Shown here: positions 19,330 through 28,481 of the stretch, one piece after another
Position numbering within the stretch: the stretch's first letter is position 1
Layout: every line of letters starts with the position of its first letter
Source of the DNA: Minisyncoccota bacterium
GTDB lineage: Bacteria; Patescibacteriota; Minisyncoccia; Phycocordibacterales; Phycocordibacteraceae
Reading direction: 5' to 3'
Length of the DNA stretch: 64,000 nt
NCBI GenBank assembly: GCA_022841985.1
Contig: JALHQL010000002.1
Location: 4,211-68,210, forward strand
Made by a program: the position numbers and the translations under genes
The notes under the pieces: generated by a model
What the model was told of the DNA's origin: nothing
The model's database searches: none
The model's input: only the letters and a program-made list of their open reading frames with translations

Positions 19330-20556
19330 ATGCGCACACTTGAAGACATTGTCCCGCCTTCCCGCCGTAAGGAGATGGAGCCTATGAGTCAGCCTGCTTC
19401 TAGTAATCGAGGGCCATCAAAACTTTCAAAACAATCGCCAAAATTTCCTTTTGTAATGAGTATCGTCACCGTACTGATTATTGTCTTCTCTATAGGGACG
19501 CTTTTCTATTTTTCCATTTCAAAAGTCGAAGTAACACCGAACACTATTTCGGCAGCGGTTCAAGATTCTTTCACGGCTACCCAGAGCGGCGGCAGTTTAT
19601 CTTTTGAAATTATCACCGCACAGAAAATAGCCTCGCAAAGCGTTAAAAGCACCGGCACCAAAATGGTAAGCTCTGCTGCTTCCGGTACGATCACTATCTA
19701 CAATACACAAACGAAAGAGCAGAAACTCATTGCAAATACTCGTTTCGCAACTGCTGCTGGACTTATCTTCCGTATCCATTCGGCAGTAACGATTCCCGCG
19801 GGCACTCCCACAAAACCCGGCAGTATTGTTGCTAAAGTCTATGCTGATCAAGCGGGAAGCACCTATAATATTGATCCAACCTCGTTCACTATCCCAGGTT
19901 TTGCAGGGACGCCGCAGGCAAGCCAGGTCTACGCTCGTTCATCCTCTGCGATGACAGGTGGAGCATCAGGAAATGTGCCGGTCATAGATGCGACGATTGA
20001 GGCACAAACTCGAAACGCGCTTATCGCAGCACTCGCTCCCGATCTTCTTGCAAGTCTCAAAAAACAAATTCCAGAAGGTTACATACTTATCCCCGGCACA
20101 GCGACTACGACCTATCAAACACTTACTCCCACACCCTCTTCGACCACGGGGCAGGCTGACGCAAAAGAGCAGGGCACTATCACGGCCGTTATCTTCCCGA
20201 ATGCTGAACTTGCAAAAACAATTGCTTCTTCAGTAGTTGGTATTGGATACCGAGGGGAACCGATTACGATTACGTCAGCTGATACACTCCTTCTTACGGC
20301 AAGAAACGGTCTGCCGCAGCCACAAGAATCATCGTTTTCGTTTGCTCTCACGGGTACTGCCTCGCTCGTCTACAGTGTCGACCCAACACGTATCGCTGCG
20401 ACGGTTGCAGGGAAGACTCGCCCAGCCGCCCAGGTTGCGCTCACAAACTATCCGGAGGTCAAACAAGCAGTACTCATTCTTCGGCCGTTCTGGAGACAAA
20501 CGTTCCCTCAGGACCCCGCTTCCATTTCAATCGTGACATCTACCGCCGCATATTGA
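19330..20556 (+). CDS. Membrane-anchored baseplate-J-like domain protein
   Basis: N-terminal TM helix; SGTITIYN, TRF...GLIFR..VTIPAG, VYADQAGSTYNI, MTGG. Confidence 0.6.
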   Translation: MRTLEDIVPPSRRKEMEPMSQPASSNRGPSKLSKQSPKFPFVMSIVTVLIIVFSIGTLFYFSISKVEVTPNTISAAVQDSFTATQSGGSLSFEIITAQKIASQSVKSTGTKMVSSAASGTITIYNTQTKEQKLIANTRFATAAGLIFRIHSAVTIPAGTPTKPGSIVAKVYADQAGSTYNIDPTSFTIPGFAGTPQASQVYARSSSAMTGGASGNVPVIDATIEAQTRNALIAALAPDLLASLKKQIPEGYILIPGTATTTYQTLTPTPSSTTGQADAKEQGTITAVIFPNAELAKTIASSVVGIGYRGEPITITSADTLLLTARNGLPQPQESSFSFALTGTASLVYSVDPTRIAATVAGKTRPAAQVALTNYPEVKQAVLILRPFWRQTFPQDPASISIVTSTAAY

Positions 20557-20614
20557 CGCTTTTTTAACCACCTGCTACATTAATGAGGCATCTGGTACAG
20601 ATAATGAATCCTGA

Positions 20615-20890
20615 ATGAAAGACGGCGAGGAGACTAAAACAGCAACAGGGACTGTTGAGGAGGTGTTGCCAAATTCGCTTTTTCGAGTTCGTTTGTCTGC
20701 ACCGGAAATTCCACCTTCCGAAACATCGATGGAGGAGGTGGCTGAAAAAAAAGGAGAGGAAGAACTCATTCTAGCCTACCTCGCCGGCAAAATGCGTTTG
20801 CATCGTATTCGCGTTCTGGTCGGCGATCAGGTGGATATGGTTCTTGATCCTTACGGAGGTCGAGCGAGAATAGTGCGTCGATTAACTTAG
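20615..20890 (+). CDS. infA: Translation initiation factor IF-1 with an acidic insertion
   Basis: GTVEEVLPNSLFRV, AYLAGKMR, IRVLVGD, RIVRR. Confidence 0.93.
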   Translation: MKDGEETKTATGTVEEVLPNSLFRVRLSAPEIPPSETSMEEVAEKKGEEELILAYLAGKMRLHRIRVLVGDQVDMVLDPYGGRARIVRRLT

Positions 20891-20910
20891 TATAAATTTA
20901 GATATTTACG

Positions 20911-21027
20911 ATGAAGGTCCGTGCATCAATAAAAAAACAGCAGCCAGGTGATCAGCTCGTCCGTCGCGGCGGGCGCTTGTATCGTATCAATAAGAAGAAT
21001 CCACGTCGCAAGGCGCGCCAGGGCTAG
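20911..21027 (+). CDS. rpmJ: 50S ribosomal protein L36, zinc-free type (not in ORF track)
   Basis: Hand translation [38 protein letters not shown]; position between infA and rpsM. Confidence 0.95.
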   Translation: MKVRASIKKQQPGDQLVRRGGRLYRINKKNPRRKARQG

Positions 21028-21067
21028 AACACATTTACCTACTACTTACACTTTTAAAATCATATTT

Positions 21068-21448
21068 ATGCGCATCGCCGGTGTCACCATCCCAGATAAC
21101 AAGCAGCTTGCTTATTCGCTGCCGCTTATTTTTGGCATCGGACCTGCCCGTGCGCTTGAAATTTTGGCAGCGGCCGGTATCGCTCCAAACAAAAAGGGTA
21201 GCGAACTCACGGGCGACGCAGAACAAAAAATTCGTTCGCACGCAGAGTCTTTCCTTATTGAAGGCGAGCTGCGCCGCGAAATCGGACAGAATATCAAGAG
21301 ACTCAAAGATATCAAGTCGGCTCGCGGCGAGCGTCATGTGCGCGGACTGCCCGTACGCGGTCAGCGCACGAAGACTAATTCGCGTACGCGTCGCGGCAAC
21401 GTTCGCAAAACGATGACCTCCGGCCGTCGTACGCTCGAAAAGACCTAA
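21068..21448 (+). CDS. rpsM: 30S ribosomal protein S13
   Basis: MRIAGVTIP, IFGIG, GLPVRGQRTKTNSRTR. Confidence 0.96.
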   Translation: MRIAGVTIPDNKQLAYSLPLIFGIGPARALEILAAAGIAPNKKGSELTGDAEQKIRSHAESFLIEGELRREIGQNIKRLKDIKSARGERHVRGLPVRGQRTKTNSRTRRGNVRKTMTSGRRTLEKT

Positions 21449-21449
21449 T

Positions 21450-21884
21450 ATGGGAAAGAAACGCATCATTAAGAAGAGCGGCAAGGGCCTTGATCAGGGA
21501 CGCAAGGAGCGTGCCATGTCAAAAACCACGAAGCGTCATCTTGAGAAGGGTATTCTCCACGTGGAGGCGACTTTTAATAATACAAAAGCGACCCTCGCCG
21601 ATGAAAAAGGGAATGCCATTATCTCGTCGAGCGCGGGTACGCTTGGCTTTGCTGGCGCGAGAAAATCTACACCCTATGCAGCAGCAAAGGTCGGCGAATT
21701 TCTTGGTGAGAAGGGCGCAATGATCGGTCTTAAAGAAGCAACGGTTATTATTCGTGGTGTCGGTGCTGGCCGCGAATCAGTATTGCGCGCTTTCTCAAGT
21801 AAGGGCATTCAAATTCGCTCCATCAAGGATGCAACGCCAGTGCCGCATAACGGCCCGCGCCCCAAGAAAGCTCGTCGCGTATAA
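21450..21884 (+). CDS. rpsK: 30S ribosomal protein S11
   Basis: ATFNNT, RKSTPYAA, DATPVPHNG. Confidence 0.97.
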   Translation: MGKKRIIKKSGKGLDQGRKERAMSKTTKRHLEKGILHVEATFNNTKATLADEKGNAIISSSAGTLGFAGARKSTPYAAAKVGEFLGEKGAMIGLKEATVIIRGVGAGRESVLRAFSSKGIQIRSIKDATPVPHNGPRPKKARRV

Positions 21885-21896
21885 TTCTTTCATACT

Positions 21897-22511
21897 ATGA
21901 AAACTGGACCACGATACAAAATAGCAAAGCGTCTCGGCGTTACCGTCTTTGAAAAAGCGCAGACACAAAAGTTTGCAATTTCAGCCGAACGTACGGCGAA
22001 GAACAAGAAGAAAGGTCGTGGACGACAGAGCGAATATGGCAAACAGATGCTCGAGAAGCAGAAGGTGCGCACTACCTATGGCATGCCAGAAAAGCAATTC
22101 CATAATTACGTGCACAAAGCCCTAGCTACGGTGCACAGCATGAAGCCATCAGATCGCCTTCACGAACTCCTTGAACTTCGCCTCGACAATGTCGTGTGGC
22201 GTCTCGGTCTGGCGAGTACCCGGCGCGGCGCGCGCCAGATGGTGGCGCACGGCCACGTGACGGTCGATGGGAAAAAGAGTCGCGTCCCTTCGCAGGCAAT
22301 TACCGTCGGCGATGTCATTGCGATACGTGAAGGTTCGAAAGAACACGGCGTCCTGACCGGTTTCGCCGACCGCTTTGCAGAACGCCCGCTCCCGTCGTGG
22401 TTAAAGTGGGATCCGAAGAAAATGGAAGGCTCGGTCGTCGAGCATCCGACGATGGCGTCGGCGGATCCGGCGGGCGATCTGGTCGCCGTGCTCTCGTTCT
22501 ACACGAGATAA
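21897..22511 (+). CDS. rpsD: 30S ribosomal protein S4
   Basis: SEYGKQMLEKQK, LELRLDNVV, ARQMVAHGH. Confidence 0.97.
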   Translation: MKTGPRYKIAKRLGVTVFEKAQTQKFAISAERTAKNKKKGRGRQSEYGKQMLEKQKVRTTYGMPEKQFHNYVHKALATVHSMKPSDRLHELLELRLDNVVWRLGLASTRRGARQMVAHGHVTVDGKKSRVPSQAITVGDVIAIREGSKEHGVLTGFADRFAERPLPSWLKWDPKKMEGSVVEHPTMASADPAGDLVAVLSFYTR

Positions 22512-22560
22512 TCGGTTGTATTATTTAGAATATTATTTAATTGGTAATTACGATTGCGTT

Positions 22561-23520
22561 ATGGAATACCACATCACACTTCCGAGTAAGCCTCGTATCG
22601 TTTCTGAAGAAAATGTTCAGGGCGTCTATGAGATTGATTCACTTTATCCGGGCTACGGTCACACGCTCGGCAATTCGCTCCGCCGTATCATTCTCTCCTC
22701 GCTCCCCGGCGCGACAGTCACACAGGTAAAAATTGAGGGTGTTCCGCACGAATTCGCCACTATCGAGGGTGTCCGCGAGACTGTCATGGAGATTCTTTTA
22801 AACCTCAAGCGTATACATTTCGTCTTGCATGGCGACGAACCGCAGACCATTTCTCTCATGGCCAAAGGCACAGGCGAGGTAACAGCAAAGAATTTTAATC
22901 TCCCAAGTCAGGTTGAAATAAAAAATCCGGAACAACATATCTGTGACCTCTCGGGAAAGGCAGTACTTGAACTCGAAGCGACTATCGAACGAGGTCTCGG
23001 CTATGTCTCGCGCGAAGTGCTCACAAAGGACAAGGTTGACATTGGCACCATCGCGCTCGATGCAACCTTTACGCCTATCCGCCGCGTCAACTACGAAGTA
23101 GAAAATATGCGCGTCGGCGATCGAACCGATTTCAATCGTTTGCGCATCCTTATTGAAACTAATGGCACCATTGCACCGCGCCAGGCGTTGGAGCAATCAA
23201 TCGAGACGATGATTCACCAATTGCGTGCCGTCATCGGCTTCCAAGAGGGTGCACCGGCCGTCGCGTCTCTTTCCGCCCTTGCTTCAGAAGGGAAAAAGAG
23301 TAAGGAAGAGGGCACCGATGCATCAAAAATAAAAGTCTCCGATCTAGAACTCTCTGCCCGCGTTGCATCCTCTCTTGAAGAAGCTGGCATCAAGAGCGCT
23401 GCAGGCCTTGCAAGAAAGACAGCAACTGCACTAAAAGAACTCGACGGCATCGGCGAGAAAGCTATTGAGGAGATCTCTAAAGCGCTCGCAGGTTGCGGGC
23501 TCACGCTCAAAGGCGAATAA
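22561..23520 (+). CDS. rpoA: RNA polymerase alpha subunit
   Basis: GYGHTLGNSLRRIILSS, HEFATIEGV, DATFTPI, RVGDRTDF. Confidence 0.97.
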   Translation: MEYHITLPSKPRIVSEENVQGVYEIDSLYPGYGHTLGNSLRRIILSSLPGATVTQVKIEGVPHEFATIEGVRETVMEILLNLKRIHFVLHGDEPQTISLMAKGTGEVTAKNFNLPSQVEIKNPEQHICDLSGKAVLELEATIERGLGYVSREVLTKDKVDIGTIALDATFTPIRRVNYEVENMRVGDRTDFNRLRILIETNGTIAPRQALEQSIETMIHQLRAVIGFQEGAPAVASLSALASEGKKSKEEGTDASKIKVSDLELSARVASSLEEAGIKSAAGLARKTATALKELDGIGEKAIEEISKALAGCGLTLKGE

Positions 23521-23525
23521 TTCCT

Positions 23526-23879
23526 ATGGCATTTACTAAAAAAGGACAGACGTTCCATCGCGAGACTAATCAACGTCGAGCACTCATCCGCTCGCTTGCG
23601 CGCTCTCTCGTTCTGGAAGAACGCATTTCAACAACCGAAGCAAAGGCGAAGGCACTGCGCCCATTCATCGAACGTCTCGTAACGTATGCAAAGACAAATA
23701 CACTCGCCAGTCGTCGACTCACCCAGACGCGTCTCGGTGACAAAGAGGCTGTCAAAAAGCTTTTTGACACGATTGGCCCGCGTTATACGACCCGTGTCGG
23801 AGGCTATACTCGGGTGATAAAGCGCACGAAGCGTGGGTTAAACGACGCTCGAAAACTTGCTTATATTGCTTTTGTCTAG
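23526..23879 (+). CDS. rplQ: 50S ribosomal protein L17
   Basis: ISTTEAKAK, GGYTRVIK. Confidence 0.95.
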   Translation: MAFTKKGQTFHRETNQRRALIRSLARSLVLEERISTTEAKAKALRPFIERLVTYAKTNTLASRRLTQTRLGDKEAVKKLFDTIGPRYTTRVGGYTRVIKRTKRGLNDARKLAYIAFV

Positions 23880-23895
23880 TATTTATAACGTATCT

Positions 23896-24267
23896 ATGAC
23901 TCTTAACACGAAGCCAAAGTCGACAACTCATACGATTGACGCAACGGACCGTACACTTGGCCGCGTGGCGAGCGAGGCCGCGCATGCGCTCCTTGGGAAG
24001 CGAAGTGTGCATTATGCTCAGAATCAGGCCCTCGATGTGACGGTTACCATTAATAATGCATCTAAACTGCATTTGCCTGCACGTCGTACGAAAGGGAAGG
24101 TCTATACCCATTACACTGGATACCCAGGAGGCTTCTTCGAAACGCGCATGGACGAAATGATCACAAAAAGTGGCATCGCGGAAGTTGTAAAGAAGACGGT
24201 AGATGGCATGATCCCTCGCAATAAGCTCCGTAAGCCGCGCATGAAAAATCTCATCGTCAATGCATAA
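23896..24267 (+). CDS. rplM: 50S ribosomal protein L13
   Basis: IDATDRTLGRVAS, YTGYPGG, GMIPRNKL. Confidence 0.95.
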   Translation: MTLNTKPKSTTHTIDATDRTLGRVASEAAHALLGKRSVHYAQNQALDVTVTINNASKLHLPARRTKGKVYTHYTGYPGGFFETRMDEMITKSGIAEVVKKTVDGMIPRNKLRKPRMKNLIVNA

Positions 24268-24271
24268 CTAT

Positions 24272-24667
24272 ATGGCAACAGGATACATTCACACTGTCGG
24301 ACGCCGTAAGACCGCTATCGCGAGTGTGCGCATGATTGCTGCTCCAAAATCGAGCCTTACCGTTAACGGGAAAACTCCAAAAGAGTATTTCAAGACTGAT
24401 CTCCGTGCTCTCATTGCTGGAGAGGCTCTTGAAACCGCAAAGAGCGTCGAGAATTATGCGGTTACCGCACATGTCTCAGGCGGTGGTATTGCCGCGCAGG
24501 CAGACGCAATCCGCCACGCTATAAGTCGTGCTGTCATCAAGGCGGAACCAAGCACTCGTGCCGTCCTCAAAGCCGCAACCTTCCTCAAGCGTGACCCTCG
24601 TGCTAAGGAACGCAAGAAGCCAGGACTTGTAAAAGCGCGTAAGGCCAAGCAGTGGAGCAAACGTTAA
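24272..24667 (+). CDS. rpsI: 30S ribosomal protein S9
   Basis: GRRKTAIA, GGGIAAQA, RDPRAKERKKPG, QWSKR. Confidence 0.97.
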   Translation: MATGYIHTVGRRKTAIASVRMIAAPKSSLTVNGKTPKEYFKTDLRALIAGEALETAKSVENYAVTAHVSGGGIAAQADAIRHAISRAVIKAEPSTRAVLKAATFLKRDPRAKERKKPGLVKARKAKQWSKR

Positions 24668-24673
24668 TCTTTC

Positions 24674-24705
24674 CATCAAAAACCGCCGCAAGGCGGTTTT
24701 TGATG
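24674..24705 (+). terminator. Intrinsic terminator of the ribosomal cluster
   Basis: CATCAAAAACCGCC-GCAA-GGCGGTTTTTGATG. Confidence 0.88.
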
Positions 24706-24788
24706 ACTATTGACAAAACAGTATATAGTTCTATTATAGACAACAGACGGCGCAATCATGCGCCCAGTTGCACAAAAAGAGGTGATTT

Positions 24789-25220
24789 ATGGTTGGTACT
24801 GCCACGGAGAAAGAATCAGGACACGTTTGGATTCCAAAGATCTCAAGAGAGACACTTTTAAAGCTCTCAAAACAAGTGAGACAAGTGGTTTCTATCGAAG
24901 GATTTGGACTCTATTACGCCGTCAAACCAGTAGATCCTCACTTTTCCTTACGGAACCCTACGCCTGCTGAAAAAGTCGAGGGCAATCTCAAACCGTACTG
25001 CACAATTGGCACCTTTCACACGTTCAGTGATCGAGATTATTTCACTCCAACGCTAGCCGAAGTACTCGCCCAAATCCCTCCATCGTATACCGATAAAGTG
25101 GTGGCGTTTGAAATCACCACTGATCCCACAAGGAAAGATGACCCTCTCAATACAGGTACTGCGGCACTCAAGTCAGGCTATCACACCGCCTTGACGCGGT
25201 TCTACACTGAAAAAAAGTAG
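24789..25220 (+). CDS. Hypothetical protein (solo cassette)
   Basis: TTGACA at 24710, SD GAGGTG, own terminator; motif TFHT...FTPTLAEVLAQIP. Confidence 0.7.
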   Translation: MVGTATEKESGHVWIPKISRETLLKLSKQVRQVVSIEGFGLYYAVKPVDPHFSLRNPTPAEKVEGNLKPYCTIGTFHTFSDRDYFTPTLAEVLAQIPPSYTDKVVAFEITTDPTRKDDPLNTGTAALKSGYHTALTRFYTEKK

Positions 25221-25245
25221 CAGCGATCACTCGCTTCCTTAACCC

Positions 25246-25275
25246 ACCCCCGAACAGCATATGCTGTTCGGGGGT
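25246..25275 (+). terminator. Perfect 30-bp palindrome / terminator
   Basis: ACCCCCGAACAGCAT|ATGCTGTTCGGGGGT followed by a T-rich tract. Confidence 0.8.
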
Positions 25276-25330
25276 TTCATTTTTCCTGTAACTTTTTGAC
25301 TCGATTTAGGATTTCATACATAATAGAAGT

Positions 25331-25861
25331 ATGGATGAACAAGAAGATATTGTTATAGAGCCGGAACAGGGCGAAGAGGTGCGTAAGGGAACGCCTGAAG
25401 AAAAAATCGCGAAAATGCGTGAGGAATTAAGCGCATGTCGCAAGGAGAAGCAGGAATATATGGACGGTTGGCAGCGATCCAAGGCGGATTATGTAAATTT
25501 GCTCAAGCGATTTGAAACTGAAAGCAAGTCTGCAAAGCAGGGAGGGGTCGTGAAAGCCATTGAGACGCTTCTCCCCGCATTCGATGCTCTAGAGCGCGCA
25601 AAGGAACATGGCGAGATACCGAGCGGATTTGTTGCTATCGCTAAACAACTCGAGGGCGCTTTCACATCACTCGGACTTGAGGAGCTCGGGAAAATAGGCG
25701 AACCATTTAATCCGGCGTTCCATGAAGCACTCGGACAAGATTCCACCGACTCCATTGAAACCGACGACAGCATTACGGCAGTTCTCGAAAAAGGATGGAA
25801 AATTGGAGATTCGATCATCCGTCCGGCGAAAGTTCGCGTTGCATACTTTGCAAGCAAGTAA
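25331..25861 (+). CDS. grpE: Nucleotide exchange factor GrpE
   Basis: ADYVN, FNPAFHEA, KGW...IRPAKV. Confidence 0.95.
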   Translation: MDEQEDIVIEPEQGEEVRKGTPEEKIAKMREELSACRKEKQEYMDGWQRSKADYVNLLKRFETESKSAKQGGVVKAIETLLPAFDALERAKEHGEIPSGFVAIAKQLEGAFTSLGLEELGKIGEPFNPAFHEALGQDSTDSIETDDSITAVLEKGWKIGDSIIRPAKVRVAYFASK

Positions 25862-25897
25862 AAAAAGCGTAAAATAAATCCCTAACTTTAAAAATAT

Positions 25898-27790
25898 ATG
25901 GCAAAAATCCTTGGTATTGATTTGGGCACTACAAACTCCGCGATGGCTATCGTCGAGGGTGGCGAGCCCCGCGTTCTTGAGAACGCCGAGGGTGCGCGCA
26001 CGACTCCGTCTATCGTCGCGATAGGGAAGACTGGCGAACGCGTCGTCGGTACCCTTGCCAAGCGCCAGTCGGTCACGAATCCACTCAATACAATTTTTCA
26101 GATCAAACGATTTATCGGCCACACGTTTGATGAATCGGCAGTACAGAAGGACAAAGCAGTCGTTCCATTTGAAATGCGCAAAGCTGGTAATGGAGGTATC
26201 GAAGTGAAAATGACCGATAAGTGGTATCGCCCTGAAGAAGTCTCAGCGATGATCCTTGGCAAGCTGAAGGCTGATGCAGAAGCAAAACTCGGCGAGAAGA
26301 TTACTCAGGCAGTCATCACGGTCCCAGCATATTTCAACGACGACCAACGGAGTGCGACGAAGGCCGCGGGGCAGATTGCCGGTCTTGAAGTGTTACGCAT
26401 CATCAACGAACCTACGGCCGCTGCGCTCGCATACGGTTTCAACAAGAAAAAAGATGAGAAAATCGCAGTCTTTGACTTCGGTGGAGGTACCTTCGATATT
26501 TCAGTGCTTGAGGTGGGTGGCGACGTTATTGAAGTAAAAAGCACCGACGGCGACGCACACTTGGGTGGAAAAGATATCGACCAGAAAATTATCAACTGGC
26601 TTGCAGATGAATTTAAAAAAGAAAGCGGTATTGATGTACGAAACGATGCTCTTGCTCGACAGCGACTCGATGAAGCCGCTGAGAAAGCTAAGATCGAGCT
26701 CTCAAGTGCCATGGAAACGGAAATCAATATTCCATTCCTCACATCCGATGCTTCTGGTCCGCGACACCTACTCATCAAGATGACGCGTGCAAAACTCGAA
26801 GATATTTCAGGAGAATTCATCGAACGCGCAATGGCTATTACCAAGCGTGCGATGGAAGCATCCCCGTTTAAGATAGGCGACATCAACGAAGTTATCCTCG
26901 TGGGCGGTCAGACTCGCATGCCCGCTATTCAAGCAGCTGTCGAAAAATTCTTCGCCAAGAAACCGAATATGAGCGTGAACCCAGATGAAGTGGTCGCCAT
27001 CGGCGCAGCCATTCAGGCAGGCATTCTTCAAGGCGACGTGAAAGATATTTTGCTTGTAGATGTTATCCCGCTCTCGCTCGCTATCGAGACGATGGGTGGT
27101 GTTGCAACTAAACTTGTTGAACGTAATACGGCGATTCCGACGAGCCGTTCACAGACTTTCTCTACTGCAGCCGACAATCAGGCGTCAGTTGAAATCCATA
27201 TCACCCAAGGTGAGCGCGCAATGAGCGCCGACAATAAGTCTCTCGGCAAATTTATGCTCGATGGCATTCCGCCAGCTCCAAGAGGCATGCCACAAGTGGA
27301 AGTGACTTTTGACGTGGACGCATCCGGCATTCTCACCGTAAAGGCGATGGAAAAAACGACTGGCAAAGTACAGTCAATCCGTATCGAAGGCTCAACAGGT
27401 CTTTCCAAAGAAGACATTGAGAAGATGAAGACAGATGCCGAGGCTCATGCGGCAGACGACGAGAAGCGCAAAGTACTCGTGGAAGCACGTAACATTGCCG
27501 ATCAAGCTGTGTACGCCGCTGAGAAGGCGATAAAAGAGAACGGGGAAAAGGCGGGCGCTGAAGTGGTAAAGGAAGTACAGGACAAAATTGATGCCCTTAA
27601 AACAGCGCGCAACAGCGAAGATGCCGCCCTCATTAAAACCACAACCGAGACCCTCTCGGCGACACTTTCCAAGATTGGTGAGGCAATGATGAAAAATCAG
27701 ACACCACCACCAGCACCTGGTGCAGACGGCCAGACGCCGCCAGATGCCGCCGCTGGCGCAACCGACGCAGAGTTTAAAGAGAAGCCGTAG
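25898..27790 (+). CDS. dnaK: Chaperone DnaK
   Basis: [32 protein letters not shown]. Confidence 0.98.
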   Translation: MAKILGIDLGTTNSAMAIVEGGEPRVLENAEGARTTPSIVAIGKTGERVVGTLAKRQSVTNPLNTIFQIKRFIGHTFDESAVQKDKAVVPFEMRKAGNGGIEVKMTDKWYRPEEVSAMILGKLKADAEAKLGEKITQAVITVPAYFNDDQRSATKAAGQIAGLEVLRIINEPTAAALAYGFNKKKDEKIAVFDFGGGTFDISVLEVGGDVIEVKSTDGDAHLGGKDIDQKIINWLADEFKKESGIDVRNDALARQRLDEAAEKAKIELSSAMETEINIPFLTSDASGPRHLLIKMTRAKLEDISGEFIERAMAITKRAMEASPFKIGDINEVILVGGQTRMPAIQAAVEKFFAKKPNMSVNPDEVVAIGAAIQAGILQGDVKDILLVDVIPLSLAIETMGGVATKLVERNTAIPTSRSQTFSTAADNQASVEIHITQGERAMSADNKSLGKFMLDGIPPAPRGMPQVEVTFDVDASGILTVKAMEKTTGKVQSIRIEGSTGLSKEDIEKMKTDAEAHAADDEKRKVLVEARNIADQAVYAAEKAIKENGEKAGAEVVKEVQDKIDALKTARNSEDAALIKTTTETLSATLSKIGEAMMKNQTPPPAPGADGQTPPDAAAGATDAEFKEKP

Positions 27791-27881
27791 TTTTTAGATG
27801 AAATTCAAAGTCCACAGCGCAAAGCGCCACGGGCTGCGTACTTTAACACCGGCTCGACAGTTCCTGATATGATGAAAACTA

Positions 27882-28481
27882 ATGTTTTCTGAAGAACAAT
27901 TTACGGCATTTGCGATTCTTGTGCCGAAATTTTCATTTCTTATCGCTTTCATTGCGCCTTTTGTTGGCGGCGAAGTCGCCGTTTCCATACTGGCATTTCT
28001 CGCCGGACAAGGCATATTCCCATTATGGAATATAATTGCAGGAAGTTTTTTTGGAATGATGCTTTTGGATTCTTTTTGGTTTATGGTTCCTCGTTCGCGG
28101 TGGGGTAAATATCTTAAGGAAAAAGCTCGTATATCGGACAAGTATCGAGCACTTGAAGGGCGCGTGGAATCTTTATCTCACGGAAGCGATATTCTCATCC
28201 TGCTGATTTCAAAGGTGCTCATTGGTACGCGGATTCTTATTCTCACGTATCTAGGCATTCGCAAGATATCTTTTGCGAGATTCCTCGCCTACAATAGCGT
28301 CGCCACTTTTGTTTGGGCTATGTTGCTCGGCTACATCGGGTGGTTTGCCGGGCTTGGGTACTATTCATTAGTCCACGCACAAAACCAATTGTTTGCCGGG
28401 ACTCTCTTCATAGTCAGTGTCGCAATCGCTTTTTACGGTATTTTATGGATAATACGACGATGGATAAACAACCGCGCATAA
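27882..28481 (+). CDS. DedA/VTT family membrane protein
   Basis: GGE..., GMMLLDSFWF, SKVLIGTR, FLAYN pattern; several TM helices. Confidence 0.78.
   Translation: MFSEEQFTAFAILVPKFSFLIAFIAPFVGGEVAVSILAFLAGQGIFPLWNIIAGSFFGMMLLDSFWFMVPRSRWGKYLKEKARISDKYRALEGRVESLSHGSDILILLISKVLIGTRILILTYLGIRKISFARFLAYNSVATFVWAMLLGYIGWFAGLGYYSLVHAQNQLFAGTLFIVSVAIAFYGILWIIRRWINNRA

Noticed and set aside
19330-20556. Prophage or contractile injection system
   Set aside because: No sheath, tube, spike, terminase or capsid genes; the protein has a TM anchor and core-gene neighbours
20948-21067. N-terminal extension of S13
   Set aside because: It overlaps rpmJ; S13 starts at 21068
25276-25897. CIRCE operator upstream of grpE or dnaK
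   Set aside because: No TTAGCACTC-N9-GAGTGCTAA seen
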